Positions 27,467 through 34,582 of a stretch of 40,996 nt of DNA are shown here, in pieces. The DNA comes from Thermoplasmata archaeon. GTDB taxonomy: Archaea; Thermoplasmatota; Thermoplasmata; Lutacidiplasmatales; UBA184. How positions within the stretch are numbered: the stretch's first letter is position 1; each line of letters opens with the position of its first letter. The notes beneath the pieces were generated by a model, which was not told where the DNA came from, searched no databases, and was given only the letters and a program-made list of their open reading frames with translations. The translations under genes and the position numbers were made by a program. The stretch lies in contig JASHTI010000159.1 of assembly GCA_030040625.1 (NCBI GenBank), positions 1 through 40,996 of the forward strand. Direction: 5' to 3'.

Positions 27467-27474
27467 AATATAAT
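27467..27474 (-). promoter_or_regulatory. TATA box for the bPH-Kelch operon
   Basis: ATTATATT on the minus strand, about 26 nt upstream of ATG 27441. Confidence 0.5.
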
Positions 27475-27529
27475 CCCGGTAAACCGGGGGCGTCCGCCGC
27501 CGCCGGCGAGGGCCGGAGGAGCGGCGGAC

Positions 27530-28357
27530 CTAGCGCTTCGGCGCGAGCGCCCTTCCCGCGAGGACCGTCGCGAGCAGGATCATCGCCGCGGCCCACGCAA
27601 GCAGGCCGAGCAGGTAGTACCAGGCGGCGTACGGGTAGAACGGGCCGGCGCCGGCGAACAGATTGAGCCGGATCACCTCGACCGCGAGCGTCACGGGGTT
27701 GTACGCGGCGATCGTCTGGAGCCAGTGCGGCATGCCGCCCCACGGGTAGAGCGCCGCGGAGGTCAGCAGCACCGGCAGGTTGATCGCGTTGACGACCGCG
27801 AAGTAGGACTGCGGCTGCTCGATCGAGAAGCCGATCGCGAGGAACAGGCTGGCGAACATCACCGACAGGATCACGATCGCCAGCACGATCTCCCCGGCCC
27901 CCACGACGCCGACCGCCGCGGTGACCGTGAGCCCGCTCAGGCCCAGGTGGCCGATGCCGATCGCGAGCCCGAGGACGAAGAAGGCGAGCCCGATCGGCTG
28001 GATCACGCCGGCGAGCAGGCGGGAGCCGAAGATCGTGAACGAGGTCGCCGGTGTCGAGGAGACCCGCTTCAGGATCCCGAAGAGCTTGTCGAAGATGACG
28101 TTCGCCCCGATGAACAGCGTCGCGGTGACGGCGACGAAGCCGACCATGCCGGCGGCGAAGTAGGAGAAGTACGTCGGCGAGCCGTTCACCAGGAGGGCGA
28201 GCTCGTTCGGCGGGACCCCCTTCGTGAACCCGTTGAACCCCTGGCCGAACAGCAGGACGTAGAGCAGGGGCAGCAGCAGCGAGGTGATGATCGCCTGCGG
28301 GTTGCGCCCGAGGCGAAGCAGCTCGCGCCGCGTTAGCGCGCCGAGCTCCCGGATCAT
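27530..28357 (-). CDS. ABC-2 type exporter permease
   Basis: RRELLRLGRNP, YFAAGMV, TSAALYPW..MPHWLQTIAAYNPVTLAVE. Confidence 0.92.
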   Translation of the reverse strand: MIRELGALTRRELLRLGRNPQAIITSLLLPLLYVLLFGQGFNGFTKGVPPNELALLVNGSPTYFSYFAAGMVGFVAVTATLFIGANVIFDKLFGILKRVSSTPATSFTIFGSRLLAGVIQPIGLAFFVLGLAIGIGHLGLSGLTVTAAVGVVGAGEIVLAIVILSVMFASLFLAIGFSIEQPQSYFAVVNAINLPVLLTSAALYPWGGMPHWLQTIAAYNPVTLAVEVIRLNLFAGAGPFYPYAAWYYLLGLLAWAAAMILLATVLAGRALAPKR

Positions 28358-29379
28358 CGCCGGCCTCCCATCTGGTTGCGGACGCGACCCAGGAGCACGG
28401 CCCGGTCGGTCGCGCTCATCCCCTCGTCCTCGCGGAACTCGCGTCCGGTGAACTCGAGGAAAACCTCGTCCAGGCTGGGTCGCTTGACCGAGACGGCCTG
28501 AAGGCCGATGCCGGCCCGGACGCAGGCGGCGACGACCTCTGGTACGAGGGTCTCACCGTTCGCGCACTTCAGCCGGTAGGCGCCGTCCTGCTCGGTGACC
28601 GCCGAGACCCCGGCGATGTGGGTCAGCATCTCCTGCGCCGGGGCAGCCCCCGCCACCGGCCGGACCGTCACGATGTCTCCGCCGAGGCGGTCCTTGAGCT
28701 CGCTCGGCGTGCCGCTCGCCGCGATGGTGCCGTGGTCGATGATCGCGATCCGCTCGCACATCCCGTCGGCCTCTTCGAGGTAGTGGGTCGTGACGAAGAT
28801 CGTCATCCCGTGCTCCTTGCGCAGCTGGAGAACGTAGCGCCAGAATCCGGCGCGGCCCTGCGGATCGAGGCCGAGCGTCGGCTCGTCCAGGAAGAGGATC
28901 CGCGGGGAGTGGACGATGCCGAAGGCGAGCTCCAGCCGGCGCCGCATCCCGCCGGAGTACGTCTTCGCGAGACGGTCGGCGGCGTCGCCGATCTGCATCT
29001 GCTCGAGCAGGAACTCCACGCGCCGCCGCACCTCCGCCCGCGGGACGGAATAGAGCGCCGCGGCCAGCTCGAGGGTCTCGCGACCGGTCAGGTCGTTGTC
29101 GGCGGTCGACTCCTGGAAGACCACGCCGATCCGGCGCTTCACCGACTCCGGCTCGCGCGCGACGTTCAGCCCGTCGACGAACGCGGAGCCGGAGGTCGCC
29201 TGCAGGCCGGCCGTCAGCATCCCGACGGTCGTCGTCTTGCCGGCGCCGTTCGGGCCAAGGAAGCCGTAGACCTCGCCCGGCCGTACCTCGAAGTCGACCG
29301 ACTTGACGGCGTGGACGCTCCCGTTGTAGGTCTTGGAGAGATGCTCGGCCCGGATCGATCCGCGGTCCCCGTCCTGCAT
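28354..29379 (-). CDS. ABC exporter ATP-binding protein (DrrA-like)
   Basis: Walker A GPNGAGKTT, signature YSGGMRRRL, LFLDEPTLGLDP, TTHYLEEAD, PSLDEVFL. Confidence 0.95.
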   Translation of the reverse strand: MQDGDRGSIRAEHLSKTYNGSVHAVKSVDFEVRPGEVYGFLGPNGAGKTTTVGMLTAGLQATSGSAFVDGLNVAREPESVKRRIGVVFQESTADNDLTGRETLELAAALYSVPRAEVRRRVEFLLEQMQIGDAADRLAKTYSGGMRRRLELAFGIVHSPRILFLDEPTLGLDPQGRAGFWRYVLQLRKEHGMTIFVTTHYLEEADGMCERIAIIDHGTIAASGTPSELKDRLGGDIVTVRPVAGAAPAQEMLTHIAGVSAVTEQDGAYRLKCANGETLVPEVVAACVRAGIGLQAVSVKRPSLDEVFLEFTGREFREDEGMSATDRAVLLGRVRNQMGGRR

Positions 29380-29383
29380 GTTC

Positions 29384-29815
29384 TTAGCTCCCCTCGCTGG
29401 CGATACGGCCGAGGCGATCGGCGACCTCTTTCATGGCCGGGATCGCCTTGGCGAACTCCTCCGCGCGGGAGCCCTTCAGATCCTCGAGGAAGGCGACCAG
29501 CCCCCGCAGCTCCGTGACGGCCTCGTCGACGTTCCTCGGACCGAACCGCCCGAGGCTCTGGGGGGAGTGGGCCGAGGCGCCGGCCGCCAGCGTGTAGCGA
29601 CCGTCCGAGCCCCGCTTGATGACCCCTTCCTGGGCCATCTCGTCGAGCAACGGATACACGGAGCCCGGAGAAGGCCTCCAGAAGCCGCGGCTGAACCGCT
29701 CGATGTCGTCCATCAGCTCGGCACCGCTCTTGGGCCCCTGGCTCAAGAGGTGATAAACCAGCGGGCGCAGGCCGCGGCGGTGACGAGAGAGCCAAGGAGC
29801 ACCGAATGATGACAT
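29384..29815 (-). CDS. PadR family transcriptional regulator
   Basis: GLRPLVYHLLSQGPKSGAELMDDIE..WRPSPGSVYPLL. Confidence 0.92.
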   Translation of the reverse strand: MSSFGAPWLSRHRRGLRPLVYHLLSQGPKSGAELMDDIERFSRGFWRPSPGSVYPLLDEMAQEGVIKRGSDGRYTLAAGASAHSPQSLGRFGPRNVDEAVTELRGLVAFLEDLKGSRAEEFAKAIPAMKEVADRLGRIASEGS

Positions 29816-29841
29816 CGTCTTTCCGATATCGGAAATACGAT
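29814..29841. promoter_or_regulatory. Putative PadR operator
   Basis: Perfect 16-bp palindrome TTTCCGATATCGGAAA (29820-29835), extending to 28 bp with one mismatch and abutting the padR start codon. Confidence 0.7.
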
Positions 29842-29965
29842 AGACGTAGATGAAGATTGCTCACGACCGGTGAGCCGGGGAGGGGTTCTCGGCCGCGCAC
29901 GGATGAAGCCGCCTCCCGGAGCGGAGGGAGGTAATCTAGTCGGCGGTGTTTCTCCGTGCGAGAGA

Positions 29966-30175
29966 ATGCCGGCGGTCGAGCGATGGGAGGCGGAGCTTCG
30001 GGCCCTGCGCGACGAACTGGAGCGCCTGCGCGCCGAGCAGCGCGAGATGGCGACGGCGATCCAGGAGCTCGTTACCACGTTCCGAACCCTGGCGACGCAC
30101 CTCGGGATCGCCAGCGAGCCGTACGCCCGCAAGGGTGACACCTCACGCGACCGCGATCTGCCCGGCTTCGCGTGA
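29966..30175 (+). CDS. Small coiled-coil hypothetical protein
   Basis: 69 aa; heptad-like WEAELRALRDELERLRAEQREMATAIQELV. Confidence 0.6.
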   Translation: MPAVERWEAELRALRDELERLRAEQREMATAIQELVTTFRTLATHLGIASEPYARKGDTSRDRDLPGFA

Positions 30176-30203
30176 GCCGCGGCGCGCGTCTCGCCCGTCG
30201 CCG

Positions 30204-31226
30204 CTAGGGCCGGCTCGGGATCGCCTTCCGCCCGTATCGCCAGCCGTCGTCGATCTCGTACAGTCGCCGCAATCGGCTGTCCACGCGGGTCCCGATCGCC
30301 ACCTCGGAGGGATCGGCGTCGGCGACGCTGAGCGTGACGGTGACGTCCGGCGCGAGCTCGGCGAGCACGACCCCATACGCGCCCGAGACGGCGACCTGGG
30401 CGTCGAACTCGGTCGGCTGGCCCCCCGGGCCGATCCAGGTCGCTGCGACGACCTTCGCGCCGTCGAGCGGGAGCGGTTCGGGCTCCAGAGGGCCGCCCTG
30501 ACGGCAGTGGCGGCAGCGGCCCCGAGGAGGGAACGTCAGTCGTCCGCACGCGCGGCAACGGTCCGCGATGAAACGCCAGCGGGCGGGCCTCGCCTCCTCG
30601 TCCCGGGGGATCGGGACGAACGCTCCCTGCGACACCGTCGGGCCGCCGCGCGGCGTGGGCCCGGGCTTCGCCCTTGCCCGGCCGGTGCCCGGCGATCGGC
30701 GCCAGTCGCCCGGCCAGCCGGCGGCCGCGCCGGCCTCGTGGAGGGCGGTCCATGCCTGCGCGAACTCGGCGCCGGCCTCGACGGTGCCGGTCGCGCCTCC
30801 GCGCAATCGCTCGAGCGGGAGGGCGTCCGTGGAGTCGTCCACCCGCAGGGCGATCGCACCCTCGCCCGGTGCGCTCAGGCTCGTCGGTCCCCCTGCCCCC
30901 TCGTGTCTCACGACGACGAGCCAGTCCGGCTCGCGGGATCGCTCGATCTCGGCGAGCCACCCGCTCCAGGAGGCCTCCGCCCGGGGAAGGATCGTGATCG
31001 GTCGGCCCACGACGTCCCGGAGCCGGGCGGCCGAGTCAGGGTCGAGCCCACCGCCGAGGTGCAGACGGAGGGGAGGGTCGCCGGTGACTTCCCGGGGGAC
31101 GAGCCGCTCCAGCGCGGTCGCTGCCATGGTGAACGGGTCCTCGTCCCACCCGGACCTTCGGCGGGATGCGTCGGCGTACGCCGGCAGATAGAGCGCCCCT
31201 CGTGTGATCCCGCGCACGTCGCTCAC
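30204..31226 (-). CDS. Zn-ribbon/OB-fold (DUF35) protein with a degenerate HMG-CoA-synthase-like N-terminus
   Basis: GITRGALYLP..WDEDPFTMA; CRACG..FPPRGRCRHC; GGQPTEF, YGVVLAEL, RRLYEIDDGWRYGRK; GTGA overlap with the thiolase. Confidence 0.82.
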   Translation of the reverse strand: MSDVRGITRGALYLPAYADASRRRSGWDEDPFTMAATALERLVPREVTGDPPLRLHLGGGLDPDSAARLRDVVGRPITILPRAEASWSGWLAEIERSREPDWLVVVRHEGAGGPTSLSAPGEGAIALRVDDSTDALPLERLRGGATGTVEAGAEFAQAWTALHEAGAAAGWPGDWRRSPGTGRARAKPGPTPRGGPTVSQGAFVPIPRDEEARPARWRFIADRCRACGRLTFPPRGRCRHCRQGGPLEPEPLPLDGAKVVAATWIGPGGQPTEFDAQVAVSGAYGVVLAELAPDVTVTLSVADADPSEVAIGTRVDSRLRRLYEIDDGWRYGRKAIPSRP

Positions 31227-32410
31227 CCGGCGGTGTACACCGCGACGGCGGCCGTCGCCCCGGCCCCGCCCACGTTGTGCGTGACGGCGGATCGGGCGGA
31301 GCGCACTTGCCGGGGCCCGGCGGCGCCACGCAGCTGCAGGAAGACCTCGTAGGCCTGGGAGACCCCGCTGGCGCCGATCGGGTGGCCCTTGGACTTCAGT
31401 CCGCCGTCCGGGTTCACCGGGCACGCCCCGGATCGCTCGGTCGCCCCGGAGAGCGTCAGCTTCGCGGCCTCGCCGCGGCCGCAGAGCCCGAGGTCCTCGA
31501 GGGCGAGCAGCTCGGCGATCGTGAAGCAGTCATGGACCTCCGCCAGCCCGACCTCGGTCGGCGCGACCCCGGCCTCCTGGAAGGCGACGGCCGCCGCCCG
31601 GCGGCTCGCCGCGAAGCCCCGGCGATCGGGCCGCTCCTGAAGCGCCAGGTAATCGCTCGCCGCGCCGACGCCGTCGATGTAGACGGGCGTGTCGGTGAAG
31701 CTCCGCGCATGCTCCGGCGAGGCGATCAGGAGGGCGGCGGCGCCGTCGCTCACCGGGCAGCAGTCGTAGAGGCCGAGCGGGTCGGCGACGCGGGGGCTCG
31801 CGCGCGCCTGCTCGCGCGTGATCGGCTTGCGGAAGTGCGCGTTCGGGTTGAGGGCGCCGTTCGCGTGGTTCTTGACCGCGACCGCGGCGAGCGCCTCGGC
31901 GGCCTCGGGGTGGGCCGCGAGGTACTCGGACGCGATCAGCCCGTAGACCCCCGCGAAGGTGAGGCCCGCCTGACGCTCCCATTCGGTGTCGCCCGACACC
32001 CCGAGCCAGTAGCGGCGCCGGGCCGCGGAGACATCGGTCATCTTCTCCAGCCCGGCGACCGCGACCAGGTCGACGGCGCCGGAAGCGACGGCGCGGACCG
32101 CCTCCTGCAAGGCGAAGCCGCCGGAAGCGCAGGCGTTCTCCACTCGGAGCGTCGCGAGGCCGGGGACCCCGAGCTCCTCGGCGAGCAGGGCGGAGGAGTT
32201 GCCGAGCTGCCAGCCCCCGAAGCCGAGGGTCGCCAGGTATCCGCGGCCGATGCGGGCCCGGTCGAGCCCGTGGTCGACGCTCGCGGCCGCGCCGTCCAGC
32301 GCGGTCCGCAGAAGGGCCCGGGGTCCCTCCGGCAGGACGCCGAAGCGACTGTGACCCGCCCCTACGATCGCCGCGCGATGCCCCACGACCTCTGCCCCAC
32401 GAACCGTCAT
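31223..32410 (-). CDS. Acetyl-CoA acetyltransferase (archaeal SCP2-type thiolase)
   Basis: VENACASGG, KNHANG, DCCPVSDGAAA, EVHDCF, GHPIGASG, HNVGG. Confidence 0.93.
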   Translation of the reverse strand: MTVRGAEVVGHRAAIVGAGHSRFGVLPEGPRALLRTALDGAAASVDHGLDRARIGRGYLATLGFGGWQLGNSSALLAEELGVPGLATLRVENACASGGFALQEAVRAVASGAVDLVAVAGLEKMTDVSAARRRYWLGVSGDTEWERQAGLTFAGVYGLIASEYLAAHPEAAEALAAVAVKNHANGALNPNAHFRKPITREQARASPRVADPLGLYDCCPVSDGAAALLIASPEHARSFTDTPVYIDGVGAASDYLALQERPDRRGFAASRRAAAVAFQEAGVAPTEVGLAEVHDCFTIAELLALEDLGLCGRGEAAKLTLSGATERSGACPVNPDGGLKSKGHPIGASGVSQAYEVFLQLRGAAGPRQVRSARSAVTHNVGGAGATAAVAVYTAG

Positions 32411-32431
32411 ATCGGTCGAGACGCCTCCCCG

Positions 32432-32439
32432 ATTTAACC
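32432..32439. promoter_or_regulatory. TATA-like element between the divergent thiolase and ubiX genes
   Basis: ATTTAACC is the only TATA-like tract in a 42-nt divergent gap. Confidence 0.45.
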
Positions 32440-32452
32440 CCCGGGAGCCGAG

Positions 32453-33028
32453 GTGCGCGAGGACGGACCGGTCGTCGTGGGCGTCTCCGGCGCCAGCGGC
32501 GCGCCGATCGCGCTGAAGGTCCTCGAGGCGCTCCGAGCCGCCTCCTGGCCCGTCGCCCTCGTCGCTTCAGCGGCCGGGCTGCAGGTGCTGCGGGAAGAGA
32601 CCGGGCTCGCTCCCGAGGCGCTCGGGCGGCTCGCGGACCACGTCTACGCCGACCACGATCTGGCGGCCCCGATCGCGAGCGGCTCGCGGCCGACGCGTGG
32701 CATGGTCGTCGTGCCGTGCTCCTCGAACACGGCGGCCCGCATCGCCCTCGGGCTCGGCGACGGCCTGCTCGTGCGCGCGGCGCACGTCCAACTGAAGGAG
32801 CGGCGCCAGCTCGTGCTGGTGCCGCGGGAGACGCCGCTGCCGACGATCCTCCTCCGTCACCTCACCGCGCTGAGCGAGCTCGGGGCGGTCATCCTCATCG
32901 CCTCGCCGGCCTACTACCTCCGTCCGAGGTCGATCGACGACGTGACGAACTATCTCGCCGGGAAGGTCCTGGACCATCTCGGCGCCCCGCACCAGCTGTA
33001 CCGCGGCTGGGGGGAGCCGCCGGCATGA
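32453..33028 (+). CDS. ubiX: Flavin prenyltransferase UbiX
   Basis: VGVSGASGA, APIASGS, VVPCSSNT, RAAHVQLKERRQLVLVPRETPL, ASPAYY. Confidence 0.93.
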   Translation: MREDGPVVVGVSGASGAPIALKVLEALRAASWPVALVASAAGLQVLREETGLAPEALGRLADHVYADHDLAAPIASGSRPTRGMVVVPCSSNTAARIALGLGDGLLVRAAHVQLKERRQLVLVPRETPLPTILLRHLTALSELGAVILIASPAYYLRPRSIDDVTNYLAGKVLDHLGAPHQLYRGWGEPPA

Positions 33029-33621
33029 GCTTCCCGGGCGGGCGACCCCGCGCGATCGGTCGGCTCGGCGCCTACGCCCCCGTGCCGTTCGTCGGCGCCG
33101 CGGCGATCCTCGTCGCGCTGATCATCTTCACCCCCGTCCTGCTCGCGAGCGGACCCTCCCCGCTCGCCGTGCGGCCGGAGCTGGTCATCTACCGTGTCAC
33201 GGGCGCCCCCACGGTCCTCTACTACCTCCACGGCGTGGACCCGACGGTGCCGTACGGTCGCCTGCTGCTGGGGGTCGCGAGCTTCGGAAGCTGGACCGGC
33301 GCCTGCCCGACGACCGGCCTGAGCTGGTCGAACGAGTCGGCCGACAACGTCCTGGAGCTCGGGGCGGAGGGCTCGACCGGCCCCACGCTGATCTACGCCT
33401 ACGCGGTCTACAACACCACGGCCGGCTCGACGATCTACGCCGGCGCCTTCGCGCTGGTCGTCGACCATCTCGGCCAGTCCGACGAGGGGCTCTCGCTCGT
33501 CCCCTGCGCGGCCGCGACCCCGGGGGTCACCGTACCGAGCTCCTGGTCGACCGCGAACCTGCCGCTCCCGCTGCTTCTCGTGGACTACGGGACGGCCGGC
33601 CCGCCGGGAGGCACCCCGTGA
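33025..33621 (+). CDS. Membrane-anchored hypothetical protein
   Basis: ATGA overlap with ubiX; one N-terminal TM helix followed by a beta-rich domain with two Cys. Confidence 0.7.
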   Translation: MSFPGGRPRAIGRLGAYAPVPFVGAAAILVALIIFTPVLLASGPSPLAVRPELVIYRVTGAPTVLYYLHGVDPTVPYGRLLLGVASFGSWTGACPTTGLSWSNESADNVLELGAEGSTGPTLIYAYAVYNTTAGSTIYAGAFALVVDHLGQSDEGLSLVPCAAATPGVTVPSSWSTANLPLPLLLVDYGTAGPPGGTP

Positions 33622-33977
33622 AGCCGTCGCGCGCGGTACTGATACTCTGGAGCTGCGTCCTGATCGCGCTGGTCGTGCTCGAGCTCGCGGAGGTGACGCA
33701 CCTGTTCACCTTCCCGATCTCGGAGGTGGTCGCCGATCCGTTCTCCCTCCTCATCTCGCTCATCTTCACGACGATCGTCGCGTTCATCGGGGCGATCTTC
33801 GTCGGGATCTTCATCACCGCCCGCATCCTCCAGCCGCGCGGCTTCACCCCGTTCGAGGAGGAGATGCTCCAGATGCGGGCCGAGGTGCGCGAGGTCCGCC
33901 GGGCCGTCGAGGACCTGCGCGGGGCTCCGCCCGCCGCCCCTCCCGAGCCACGGCCCCGAGGTCCGCCGGGCCGATGA
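33618..33977 (+). CDS. Two-TM protein with C-terminal coiled coil
   Basis: Two hydrophobic helices, then GFTPFEEEMLQMRAEVREV; 4-nt overlaps on both sides. Confidence 0.75.
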   Translation: MKPSRAVLILWSCVLIALVVLELAEVTHLFTFPISEVVADPFSLLISLIFTTIVAFIGAIFVGIFITARILQPRGFTPFEEEMLQMRAEVREVRRAVEDLRGAPPAAPPEPRPRGPPGR

Positions 33978-34534
33978 ACGTCCCGGTGATCGACAACGGC
34001 GGGCAGTGGACCCACCGGGAGTGGCGGGTCCTGCGCGACCTCGGCGCCGAGAGCCGGATCGTGCCGAACACCACGCCGCTGGAGGAGCTCAACGCCGATG
34101 GGATCGTCCTCTCCGGGGGCGCGCTCAGCCTGGAGGGCTCGACGGCTCCGCTGGGCCGCGTGGACGAGTGGATCGATCGGGTCGGGGTGCCGGTCCTCGC
34201 GATCTGCGTCGGGCACCAGTTCCTCGGGCGCCACTTCGGCGGCCGGCTCGCCCACGGGGCCCCGGAGTTCGGCTCGGTCGAGCTGACGGTCGACCAGCCC
34301 GACGGGCTGTTCGAGGGACTGCCGTCCCGGCTGAACGTCTGGGCGAGCCACAACGACCACGTCGTGCAGGCACCTCCCGGCTGGACGGTGCTCGCGCACT
34401 CGGCGGCGTGCCCGGTCGAGGCGATGCGAAGCCCGGACCGCCCGCTCTGGGGGGTCCAGTTCCACCCTGAGGTCGCGCACACCGAAGGGGGCCGGGAGAT
34501 CTTCCGCCGATTCCTGGACACCTGCCGTCGCTGA
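33974..34534 (+). CDS. guaAA: GMP synthase subunit A (glutamine amidotransferase)
   Basis: VIDNGGQWTHREWR, GIVLSGG, ICVGHQ, WASHND, GVQFHPEV. Confidence 0.93.
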   Translation: MNVPVIDNGGQWTHREWRVLRDLGAESRIVPNTTPLEELNADGIVLSGGALSLEGSTAPLGRVDEWIDRVGVPVLAICVGHQFLGRHFGGRLAHGAPEFGSVELTVDQPDGLFEGLPSRLNVWASHNDHVVQAPPGWTVLAHSAACPVEAMRSPDRPLWGVQFHPEVAHTEGGREIFRRFLDTCRR

Positions 34535-34582
34535 CGAACGACCCCCGGGAATATGTACGGCGGGTAGCTCGACGCGGCGTCG

